A stretch of 64,000 bases of DNA from Peribolospora baueri (Eukaryota): assembly GCA_029717555.1 (NCBI GenBank), contig JAMDHS010000001.1:1-64000 (forward strand). Direction: 5' to 3'. Positions 24,738 through 36,345 of this stretch are shown one piece after another. Position 1 is the first letter of the stretch. Each line of letters starts with the position of its first letter. The position numbers and the translations under genes were made by a program. The notes below the pieces were generated by a model. That model saw only the letters and a list, made by a program, of their open reading frames with translations, was not told the origin of the DNA and did not search any database.

Positions 24738-25778
24738 AGCAAACTTTTCTTTTTTCTTTTCCTTCTTTCTTTTTTCTTCCGTGTTTGTATGTGTTTGCGT
24801 GGTGTTTGTGAGCCTGCGCTGGTTCGATGAGATGAGATGGAATGTAGCGGGGATAGATAGACAGATAGATGGAGAGAGGGGGAGAGACGTCGACGGGTGG
24901 ATCGGCGACGAGTATGCCAAGGGCTGCGTGCCGGCCGGCCGTCGGTCGTCGGTCCAAGCAAGAACGGCGCCATCGGTAGCTGCGAGGTGTAACTAGGTCG
25001 GTGCTGGATGGCCCAAGCGTACGCCGTGGCGTAAGGGCAAAGGGTAGGGTTACGGTAACTGTCAGTCGGCGTCGCCGTCGGCAAGGACTAAAATAGACGA
25101 TGGACCGGCGGCTGCCGCAGCAGGCAGGCAAGGGAAAGGTTAGGGTTAGTTAGGAGCTTTTAGTTAGGTGAGGGCCAAAGGAAAGGGGAACCCTAAGTGC
25201 CATCTCCCTCCGCGCCTTGGCTTTTGGCTTTTGGCTTTTGCGCTTCTGGCTTTGGTTTTCGTGCCGGGCGAGGCGAGAAGAGAAGGCGGAGGGAGAGGAG
25301 CGGGTGAATGGCGATCGAGGGGGGTTAGATGGCTGAAGGTGGTGCTGGAAGGAGGGAAGGATGGACGATGGACGATGGACGATGGTTGGGTGATGGATAG
25401 ATGGATGGCTCGTCCATCTTCTCCCCTTCTTTCCTTCCTTCCTCCTTATCTATTTCCCAGACAAGCGAACGAAAGAAAGAAAGAAAGAAGAGAGTGAGCG
25501 AGCGAACGAGAGACGCCTACAGGAAAGAAGCAAAGCAAACGAAACGAAACGAAACGAAGGCCAAGCCGGCGCAGTCCAATCCAATCCAATCGTCGCCGTC
25601 ACTCCATCTCCATCTCTCCATCTCCATCCATCCATCCATCCATCCATCCGTCCCCGCGTCGCCATCGCCATCCCACTTCCACTCCCTCTCCTTTCTTTCG
25701 CCTCCCTTCCCTAGCCTCCCCCGTTCTCTCGCTAGCCCTCCCCCTTCCCCCCTTTCCCCCTCCCCTCCTTCGCGCGCC

Positions 25779-28700
25779 ATGTCCTACGGAGGACAGTACG
25801 GCGGCGGCGGCGGCGCAGGCGCACAATACGCCCGCCCGCAGGACCCTTACATCCACTCCAACGCGTCCCAGTACGACGACCGGTATCAGCAGGATACCTA
25901 TAGCGATAACGCCTCGTACGGTCCTCCTGTTGGCGCTGGTGCTGGTGCCGGTGGTGCTGCCGGTGGTGCCTACCGCGATTACAACGACGGCTATGGCTCG
26001 GCGGCTGGCAATGCAGGTGAGTGGGCCTTGTCGACGTGGGTTGGGGGAACGAAAGAGGAGAGGACAGGATGGGATGGGACAGGATGGGATGGGATGGGAT
26101 GGGATGGGATGGGATGGGATGGGATGGGATGGGATGGGCAGGGGCCAGTCCATGGCGTCGGCGTCGCAATGCGATGCGCTGGCGCTGGCGCTGGCCGATG
26201 GTCCCCATAGACATACATACATACATGCAAGATACGCTTGCTTGGCCATCGACGATCGAGCGCCGAGGGACTGCGCAGGGGTGGATATGGGGATAGATGG
26301 TGTCTGTCCTGGGATAGATAGATAGCTTTTCTTTCTCCTCGCCTCGCCTCCTGTTTCTTCTCCTTCCTTTCTTCGGCCGGCCAAGCCAAGCCAAGCCGAG
26401 CGAATCGCTTTCTATTCTATTCTATTATATTTGTCGTCGTCGGCCTCGCTCAAGGCAGTGCTATTGCCGCTGTTGCTGCCGCCGTCACTCGTCGCTCTCT
26501 TCTCGTCATCTCTTTCTCTTCTTCTTCCATCTCCACCGACGCTCACCATTTTTCTTTTCTTCCCTTCTCTTCACTTTCACTCTCCCTTCCCTTTCCTTTC
26601 CTCCTTCTCTCTACACTCCAATCCCCTCGCCCCCCCCGCCATGGCTCGCGACTCAGCGGCCGCCGCTCAGACCTACTCGTATCCCCCCCCCAAGAAGGGC
26701 GTCAGCAGGTGGATCAAGTACGGCATCCCCCTCGCCCTCCTCGTCATCGCCGCCGCCGTCATCGGAGGCGTCCTCGGACACCGCGCCGCCGAGAAGGACG
26801 CACAGTCCGCCGCCGCCTCTGCCTCTGGCGCCGTCGCCTCCGCCGCAAAGGCCAACGGCGGCTTCGGCCTCGCCTACGTAGGCACCGACAAATATGCAAA
26901 CCCCATCTACACCTCCGCCACCGTCTCCGGCCAGTACGGACCCCCCACCGCAAAGCCCTCCGCGCCCGTCACCTGCTCGCCCGACCCGTGGTCCTCCAGC
27001 GGCAGCGTCAACAACATCCGCCCCGACCACCCCGTCCTCTTCGCTCCCAAGTACCAATGGGACTGCCTCGCCAACAAGATCGCCAAGGATCCGTACTTGA
27101 CCCTCTGGAATGAGACCATCTACGCCAACGCCTCTTATTTCTACGGCCTCCCCCCCACCAACTACTCCATCGACGGCGGCTTCAACGGCTCCGGCATCCT
27201 CGACGTCTCCCGCGAGGTCCAGCTCCGCGTCAAGCACTGGGGCTACATGTGGAGGATGACCCAGGACACCAAGTGGGCCGACCGCGCATGGACGGAGATC
27301 ACCGTCGCCGCCGGCAACACCACCCAGCCCTTCGGCCAGGCCCCCGCAAACAACCACTGGAACCCGGATCACTTTTTGGACGTTGCCGAGATGACCCTCG
27401 CCTTTGCCTACGCCTACGACTGGTTCTACGACTACTGGCCCCAGGACCGCCGGGAAGCGATCATGTGGAGCATCATCAACCTCGGCCTCCAACCGGGCCT
27501 CCAGCAGTACTCGAGCCCCGGCAACGGCTGGTGGGCCTTTGCGCCCAACAACGACGGCAACTGGAACTGCGTCTGCAACGGCGGCCTCATCCTCGGCGCC
27601 CTCGCCATCAAAAACGACGACCCTACAGGAATCGCTGAGCAGGTTCTTCAAAAAGCCATCGCTAACGCTTTGCAGGGTTGCGTCACCGGCGTCCAACCGG
27701 ACGGGACATGGACCGAGACGCCGAATTATTGGTATTTTGGAAATAATATGTTTGCTCAGATGTCCCTTGGTCTTATCACTGCTACTGGCTCTGATCAGGG
27801 GCTTTTGAGCACCAACCCGGACTTTTGGAAGAGCGGTCTTTTCCACATGTACGTCTCCGGCATGACCGGCATGTTCCAGTACGCCGACTGCGGACCCAAC
27901 AAGTACACCGCCACCGCCAACTCGCTCATGTTCTACGCGTCCCAGTTCAACAAGCCCGAGTACACCCTCTTCCAGCGCGACCGCGCCGACGCCCCCGAAC
28001 CGCTGGCCATGTTCTACTACAACACCACCCACACCGGAGGTTTCTTCAACGGCCTCGCCCTCGACAACTACTTCGACTATGTCCAGGACATGTGGGTCTC
28101 CATGCGCTCCTCTTGGACCGACTGGAGCGGCGTCTACGTGGCCATGAAGAGCGGAAACTTGACCGGCCATCAGACGCACGGTGACCTCGACGCTGGCGAC
28201 TTCGTTCTCGATGCCCTTGGAGTCCGCTGGGCTGGAGAGCTCGGCTCTGGCAACTATCTTTCTACTGTGAGTCTCGCGTTTTCTTTTGTCTTTTTGTCCG
28301 ATCTCGTTCCTGACTCACCCTGCTCCTTCTTCAGGGGTACTTCTCCTCGGAGGCGCCCAACTCGCAGAGGTGGCTCTACTACCGGAAGAGGACGGAGGGT
28401 CAGAGTGAGTGGCGAGCTTGGCGCGCCCCTTGATCCACCCTCGCTGACTCTCCTTCTTTTTCGCCGCCAGACACGCTCCTGTTCAACAAGCAGAACCAGA
28501 ACCCCAACTTTGCGCCCACGAGCCAGTTCAAGAGCTCCAACGTCGCCCAGAACGATGACATCAACTTCAAGCCCGGCCCGGTGGACAATGCCTACTTCAT
28601 CACCGACTTGACCGGCGCCGTCAACTCGTCCTGGTCCCGTGGCGTTCGCATGCTCAACTCGAGACGTCAGGTGCTCGTCCAGGACGAGACGGACGGGAGC

Positions 28701-29266
28701 GCGCCGGTGACCCAGTGGAGGATGCACACCAACGCGACGATCAACTTGTCGAGCGATAAGAAGACGGCCCACCTCTCCCTCAACGGCAAGAACCTTGACG
28801 TCGTCATCCAGTCGCCCTCGTCCGCTACGTTTGGCATAGAGGAGTGCGTTATCTTCCGAGATGTGAAGCGACGATCCCCTTTCGCTCAACCTTTTTTTTT
28901 TCGCTTTTCACAGCCCCGACCAAGCTCCGGCTTCCGAAGCTTCCCTGATTCCGTGGCAACAACCGGGTGAAGTTGCCAAGTGAGTCGTCCGCCGTCCCGT
29001 TTCGTTCGTCGTCCTGCCTCTGTCATCTCATCTCTGTCCATCGCCGCGCCGCTCTGCCATCTCATTACTGTCAATCCCCGCACCCCTCGTCCCACAGCCA
29101 AGACAACACGCCCAGCAGGGTCCTCACCATCGACCTCGCCGCCGGGGCCAACACGGTGGTCGTGCTGTTCAGCCCGCAATGGAACGACAATGGCCCCGCG
29201 CTCGTCACACCGCCCGTCGTACCGTTCAGTGGGTGGTCGATGACCTCGCACGACGTATCGGGATGA
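25779..29266 (+). CDS. Heparinase II/III-like polysaccharide lyase, type II membrane-anchored
   Basis: A single TM helix (IPLALLVIAAAVIGGVLG) is followed by HWNPDHFLD, NWNCVCNGG, DGTWTETPNYWYFG and HGDLDAGDFVLDALGVRWA. The first exon 25779-26016 is inferred; an alternative ATG lies at 26641. Confidence 0.8.
26066..26138. repeat. (GGGAT)n microsatellite in intron
   Basis: About 13 GGGAT/GGAT units. Confidence 0.9.
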
Positions 29267-30025
29267 GATGATGGGATGAGATGAGAGGAGAGGAAATTCC
29301 TTTCTTTCTTCTCTCCCTCTTCCCCACCTCGCTCCTTCGTCGCCTCGTCCCGTCACGTCTCGCCTCGCTTTCCTCGCCTCGGTCTCCTCTCCTCCATCCT
29401 TTTCACGCTCGCGCCCCTCGCCCCCCGTTTACCATTGACGACGACGAAAGACGGACGCTACTGCTCCTAGCATATTTCTATTTCTTTTTTTCTTCCTTCT
29501 TCTCCGGATTCGGATTCGGTTTCGGATTCCGATACGAAACGTAACCAACCCACCTTCCTTCCTTTCATCCTACTACTACTACTACTGCCTCCGCTCTTTT
29601 GAAAACGCCGTTTCGTCCCGCCAGGCATTTATGCTCCTGTCCGTCACTACCTTGCTTGCCTGTTGCCTCGCCTCGCCGCTGAGCTGAGTTGAGTACCGTC
29701 GATTGCGTGCACGCACGCATTTCCCCACGTCACCCCGCCCGCCTCCGTTTCCGGTTCCGTTTCGTGTCAATCAGCCAGACGCGACGACGATGACCTGGTT
29801 CGCTGACCGACTCCGCACATGCGGCCTGGTCCCCTGGCTCTCCGTAGCCAGACAGGCACACGTTGCGTCAACGAGTGTGGTACCGTTTCGCCCCCTTCAT
29901 CACAAATGTCGTTTCTGATCATGATGGATCGCGTGCACTGCTCTCGCTCGCCCTTTCGACCATGCGAGGTACATGGGAAAACACAACTGCCCTGGCATGG
30001 ATCCTCCCAGCTCTCCAAACGCTAG

Positions 30026-33000
30026 TCAATCCGTCAATCCTTCAGACGCCCCATCGACACTGTTGCCCCCCGCCGAAAGCTTGAGGATGCGACCCACTTC
30101 CTCCCGCTTCGCCTCGGCTGCTCCCAACGCATGGCACGTCATGTCAGCCTCTACTTCAGCCGGGCCGCGCTCATGGACGGATGCCAGTCCAAGAACTCAC
30201 CCTTAACCATCATGCTGTGCAGATTCCGGATATTGCGCCTCTGAGCCGACGTCTCCGTTTGGAGCCGTACCACCTCCTCCGTCAACGAGCGCGTGAGGCC
30301 ACGCAAGGCGTCGAGATCACCGGGACCCTTAATCGACGGCTTGCCCGTCGGCTGTACGTCGCTGGATGGCCCTCCGACACGGCCCACAAAGTCTTTGCAT
30401 GTTTTGATGTTGATGGAAAGCTACCCAGCCAAGGCAAGCGTTTTTTGGTCAGTCCCATCATTTCACAGACAGTGACACGTCCCTCCTCGGCCGCTTACCG
30501 TGCGCAGTTCGTTCTCCATCACGTCGATCGCTCGCTGGAACTCGTCGGCGATGCCGGAAACTGCCGCTGATTTGGGCGAAGGAGACGCGACGGACGTTGG
30601 AGGCGCCGCCTTGACGGCAGTCGATGTGGTAGGCGGACGGGCGTCGGACGTTGGGGGTACAGCCTTGACTGCAGTCGACGAAGTGAGCGGAGGTGGGAGG
30701 CCGGACGTTGGAGGTGCCGCCTTGGATGCAGTCGATGTAGTGGGCAAAGAAAAAACGTCGGGCGTTGAAGGTGCCGCCTTGACTGCAGTCGATGGTGCCT
30801 CGGACGACGCGCCAGTAGAAAGCGAGCCGAACGCGCTCTCCAGTTTTCCGGACTCCGAGGCCGCCGGGAAGGGCGACGGCGACGGTGCTGACGACGCGGA
30901 GAACACGTTCCCCGCCACAGACGTCAAAGTGGGTGGAGGAGTGGAGTCGGGCGTCGAAGGTGCCACCTTGGATGCAGTCGGTGTAGTGGACAAAGAAAAA
31001 ACGTCGGGCGTTGAAGATGCCGGCTTGACTGCAGTCGATGGCGCCTCGGACCATGCGCCAGTAGAAAGCGAGCCGAACGCGCTCTCCAGTTTTCCAAACC
31101 CGGAGGTCGCCGGGAAGGGCGACGGCGACGGTGCTGACGACGCGGCGAACGCGCTCCCCGTCGCAGCCTTTGGTTCGGATGCAGGAGTAGACGTCGTGAT
31201 AGCCCCGTCGCCGGACGGCTTCGGGGTGGCAAAAGCACCAAAGCCAGAGGACGCTGAGCCAAACGCCGGGGGCTTCTTATCGAACGAGCCAAAACTAAAG
31301 CTGGTTTTTGCGCTGCTGCCAGAAGCCTCTGATTGGGAGGCACCGGACGAAGACGAAAAGCCGAACGCCGACGGTTTGGAGCTGAACGAGCCAAAGCCAA
31401 GGCCGGCCTTTACGCTGTCGCTGCTGGAGGCTTCTGATTGGGAGGCAGTCAACGGAGACGGAGAGCCAAACGCTGGCGGTTTCGCTTGCGCGGCGCCCAA
31501 AGGAGACGGAGAGCCGAACGTTGACGGCTTGTCCTGCGCGGCACCCAATGTAGACGGAGAGCCGAATGCCGACGGTTTGGAGCTGAACGAGCCAAAGCCA
31601 AGGCCAGGCTTGAGGCTACCGAAGGGGCTGGTGCTCTCACCGACGATGCCATCACCGGAGGCTCCGGACTGGGAGGCACTCAACGGAGACGGAAAGCCGA
31701 ATGGCGGCTTGGCCGGCCCGGCACCCAGCGGAGATGGAGAACCGAATGCCGGCGGCTTGTCCTGCGCGGCATCCAACGGAGACAGAGAGCCGAATGCTGA
31801 CGGTTTGGAGCTGAACGAGCCAAAGCCAAGGCCGGCCTTTACGCTGTCGCTGCTGGAGGCTTCTGATTGGGAGGCAGTCAACGGAGACGGAGAGCCAAAC
31901 GCTGGCGGTTTCGCTTGCGCGGCGCCCAAAGGAGACGGAGAGCCGAACGTTGACGGCTTGTCCTGCGCGGCACCCAATGTAGACGGAGAGCCGAATGCCG
32001 ACGGTTTGGAGCTGAACGAGCCAAAGCCAAGGCCAGGCTTGATGCTACCGAAGGGGCTGGTGCTCTCACCGACGATGCCATCACCGGAGGCTTCGGACTG
32101 AGAGGCCCTCAACGGAGACGGAGAGCCGAACGTCGGCTTGGCCGGCGCGGCACCCAGCGGAGATGGAGAACCGAACGCCGGCGACTTGGCCTGCGCGGCA
32201 ACCAGCGGAGACGCAGTGCCGAACGCCGGCGGCTTGGCTTGGGTGGTGCCTAACGGAGACGGAACGCCGAGTGTGCTAGCCGCCTGACCTTCGTCCTTAC
32301 CGTGATCAAGGAGCATACCGGGGTATTGCACGCCAGATGGGTTCAGGACGTGATACGCCAGGATAACGCCGTCCGTGGTATAAACCATCAGGGTTGGCGC
32401 GGGCATAGTTGGAGCTTGGTCCGCGTCCGACGCCGGGACAGGTTCAGGGTTAGTGAGATCGACGCCGAGACCGATTGGGCCTGTATCGACACTGTCGTCA
32501 ACGCTGGAGAAAGGCAGCGTTGCTCGCGAAGTCTCCGGAAGAGACAGAGTGGCCCAAGCCTCGGTCAAGGGACTATCGGCTTTACATGAGACCACGCCGA
32601 CGTCCGTGCTTGGAGCGTTGGCGACGAACAACAGGTGCTTGGTTGGTGCCCTACAAAGTGAATCGGGGAAGGGAAAATGTGAGTTCCTCGTGTACAGTCA
32701 GCAACATGACAATGTCGAAACGCACCATCCTTTCAGCGAAACGGAGAAGCGCTTTCCAGACCGTTCCATAAGCCCAAAGGCGGGGGCAGGATCGATGCTC
32801 AGCTCCACATAGGTGATGCGAGTATTACGTTCTCTAACGATGGCGAACATCTTGTAGTCGTGGTCAGGCTCTGAAGGCGAGCCAGATGGAAGTTGATAGG
32901 TGACCACGAAGACGTCATTCTCCAGCCAGTTGACGTCTCCCACTACGGTAGATGGGGTGGAAGGAACGAAAACATTGGTGAGCCTCAATGACATGGACCA

Positions 33001-34149
33001 GGAGAAGACTAAACGTGTGGCTCACCGAAGTATGCTCCATCCGCCAAGGTCGGGGCCTTGCCTATCGAACCCTGGGCCTTGCCGTTTGGGCTGTATTGCA
33101 CGAGCGTACCTGAGCGTGTACCGCACACGAGCTGCTTGCCCTTTACTGACCAGCACACTGGGAATCGTACACGATTGGAGATTCATTAGGGTCATCGTAT
33201 TTGCGGGAGCACACGTTTGGAAGACTCACTGGTAGTGACATCCTCCCCGAACGTAGCCACCATTGTCTTCTGATTCACGTCCAATATCGAGACCTGTCCG
33301 CCCGCGCTCTCGTCATGTCGTTTCTCCTCCTCGCCAAAAAGCACCGCAGCGAGCTCTGGGTTTGCCTCCGGATTGGGTCGGATGTCGATGATGAAGCTGG
33401 ACGGTGGAGCAGGGATGACGGTCGGCTCAGCCTAAAGGAAGTATGCCCCATAGTCCAAGGGTCAGATACGGTGGTGCTCCAACCAGGTCAGACAGACAAA
33501 GCTAGGATGACGTGCCTCCACAGAAACATCCCACAAAGCAATCGAGCCCTGAGCCGAACCGACGGCGACAACGGCGTCCTCGTTGGCAAAGGTGACGAAG
33601 TGCGGAGAACCAGGCTGGAGGGCAGAGGGAAGTTTGAGAACTCGAAGGGGAGAGCTTAGCCGGGGAGTCTCTCCGCGCTTTATGTCAGACTTGAAAAAAT
33701 CTCGGACAGACGCGAGGCTCGTGAGGATGACGCCTTGTGGCATCGAAGACGGGATTCAAAAGCAGTCGTCTCCCTGTCAGTCCCAAGCCTGGCTTCCGCA
33801 ACCTAGCCGAGGCGCTCGTTAGAGGAGGGGGGGAATGGCCCACCATCCGATGTTCCCGCGGCCAGCATCCGCGACCTGTTGGAGATGGACAGCAGGTTGC
33901 TCCGACTCGGTAGCCGCTCGAGATCGAAAGGCTCCGATATGCGGACCTTGACATCCTGGGCGAGTTGTCGAAGGTTGGGGAACTAAATCGTGGCGGCCAA
34001 AGGGCAGGAGTGGACGTGAAAGAAAAAAAGAAAAAGCGGATCAGTACCTTTGTGGCGCACTTGATATACAGAGAAAGATGGTAGCATACATCTGACTCCT
34101 CTTCTCCGGCCTCGAGCGCCGCGACTGGAAGTTCGCGGCCATCAGCCAT
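30026..34149 (-). CDS. NUP159: FG-repeat nucleoporin Nup159/Nup214-like
   Basis: N-terminal beta-propeller exons (LFVANAPSTDVG..., LMVYTTDGVILAYH), many PAFG/SAFG/GFG repeats and a short C-terminal coiled coil. Confidence 0.8.
30700..31150. repeat. 246-bp tandem duplication within the Nup159 coding sequence
   Basis: AAAAACGTCGGGCGTTGAAG starts at 30751 and 30997, and the peptide ASSAPSPSPFPA..G.GKLESAFGSLSTGA occurs twice. Confidence 0.85.
31370..32220. repeat. 429-bp near-perfect tandem duplication in the FG region
   Basis: GACGGTTTGGAGCTGAACGAGCCAAAGCCAAGGCCGGCC occurs at 31370 and 31799, repeating a 143-aa block. Confidence 0.92.
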
Positions 34150-34660
34150 GCCGTCTAGCTCTTTGTGAGTGAGATGCAGCGACCGGGGTGAGACACCCTA
34201 GACAAGTAGTCCTGGAGTGCGGAGTGCCTACAATGACAGCGACGGTCCGCTTGCACAGCAAGAGCAAAAGGTGTGCAAGCTTTGAAGCGAGCGGTGCGAA
34301 GTCGAGCTGACCGTCTTTGAAGTTTCGTGCCCCTTCGCTTCGAGTCCTTGATCGCATGGCGAGCCGATCACTTGGCAGCGGGCCGTGGGAATCACCTCAA
34401 CTTAGTCAGCAACGGGAAGATTTTCACACCTGCATTTGCCCCGTCTGAGGGAACGATCGATTGAATTGGCGCTATATGACACGACCGCCCAGCGAAACAT
34501 GGCCGCCGCGCCGTCCAGAAATGAGCACGGACAACATCGGCCTCCTTCTGCTAACCTCCTTGTTTCCAGGCCATGGAGAGACCGACTTGACCGCTCCGTT
34601 TCGAGTCCGTTTTGGGCCTCCGGCCTTCTCCGAGGCGCATGTGCTGTCGAGACGGCAGTA

Positions 34661-36003
34661 TCACCCGTACGACATACGGTTCCTACCTTTGGGCTGAGCA
34701 AGGATAGAGCGAGCAGGAAGACAGGTGACGCTGAGCGCATGTACGAATGTTGCAAGAGCGCTCGGCTTCTCACGTACCTGAGTCAGTTTCTCCTGGTTTT
34801 TTGTCCACATACTGTTCGACGCCCTCCACGCGGTCAGCGGATCGGATCGGATGGCCTTGCATGTCGGGAGGCAATCAGACGTACAACTTTAAAAACTCAC
34901 TCGAAGACGACGGTGTAAATGTGGAGGAGGTCGTTGAGGTGCCGACGGAGAAGGAAGAGCTGCTTGCGATCGTGCTCGAGCAGGGCGTGCTCGTAGTCCG
35001 TCACGCCAGGGTACTTGATGAGCTTGCTGGCTAGCTTGGCGCGGGCAGCTAGATGCTTGCCCTCGACGTCGAGCAGGTTGTATGCTATGGGTCGGAGACC
35101 GGAAACCAGACGCCGTGAGCGATCTGCCTCGGCCGAGTCAGGCGAATGCACGACTCACCGCTCTCTTGAGCGCGCTGGATTTCCGCGAGGACTTCTGCAT
35201 AAGGGACGACCGGGACAAGCGGGAAGGAACGATTGGCTATCAGGGCGCACACGAGTCGGAGACGATAGAGATCATACTCGCCTTCTTGCACCTGCACGCC
35301 GAACGTGTCTCCGTCCTAAAGGAATGTTCGTCCAAAATTAGCCCGAGGAGACGAAGACGGAAAAGAGCGCAGGTGCAGGGTGACTGACTTCGATCTGCGG
35401 GATGAGCAGGTTGATGCAGATCTTGAGAGGGTCCATGTGAGAGATGAGGGTCTCGTATTCCTTCCTGCGTTTGCGACCGGCGGGGCAAGAGCAGATGCAG
35501 AAATGCGTCGACACGGCGCCTCGGCGGCTTGGAACTGTACATGGCAAACATGTGTGCCCACCTCATATGCTCGAACGCCTTCTCCAAACCGTCGTTGCCC
35601 TTGACGAGCTCAGTGTACCTTGGCCCGTCCGAGGCTCGGTGGGACGGAGCGGAAACGCCATTGGCGTCTTCCAACTTGCGTTTCTTCGCCGCGACGGCTG
35701 TGTCCGCCGAGTCGTAGACGGTCACGTCGGTGGACAGAACGGAAGGGTGGAAGATGGAGGAAGGTGTGACGGAGTTGGCTACCTGCTTGCGCAAGTCTAG
35801 GATCTGTTCCGCATCCATATATATGCGCCCATGACGGTGGTGAATGCACCGTCCCGCAGAAAAAAAAAACCTTGAGGATGACCGGCTCGGCTCACCTTTT
35901 CGGGGAGCCTCCGTCTGATGGTCTCCAGCGCTTCCTCCTTGACCGTCTCCTTGTAATTGGTGAGCTGGGAGGCGAGGTCGCTGGGGACGGCGACGACGGA
36001 CAT
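34661..36003 (-). CDS. 11S proteasome activator PA28/REG family subunit
   Basis: LLIPQIE|DGDTFGVQVQE activation-loop region and RAKLASKLIKYPGVTDY. Multi-exon, including a GC-AG intron. Confidence 0.88.
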
Positions 36004-36345
36004 GGTGGTTCGCGATTGAGTTTCCATTTCGGATGCAGACATTCCTCCGACTATCGTCGTACACACCACGCCCCCAACGTCGGGGGGAATCATTGGGCAC
36101 TCCTTTTCCGTCGTCACCAACCCGTTCAGCCGTATCGTGCGCTCGCCCACCGCGGCGACAACAAGCGAGTGATGAGGGGAGGTGATGCGTAGCGTTGACC
36201 AAACAAACAAATAGTGTACAGCGAGCAATGAGAGTCGTCTAGCTCAATCGCAAAAGTACACAAGTGAAGCCGACGAAAGACGATATTAACGAAGCGACGA
36301 GAGGCGAAGCGACGAGAAACCTATCACTCCCATCCGCTATCGTAG

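Noticed and set aside
26653..28179. 508-aa antisense ORF, and similar long antisense ORFs such as 30500-32101 and 51557-52858
   Set aside because: These are shadow ORFs produced by high GC and codon bias opposite well-supported genes.
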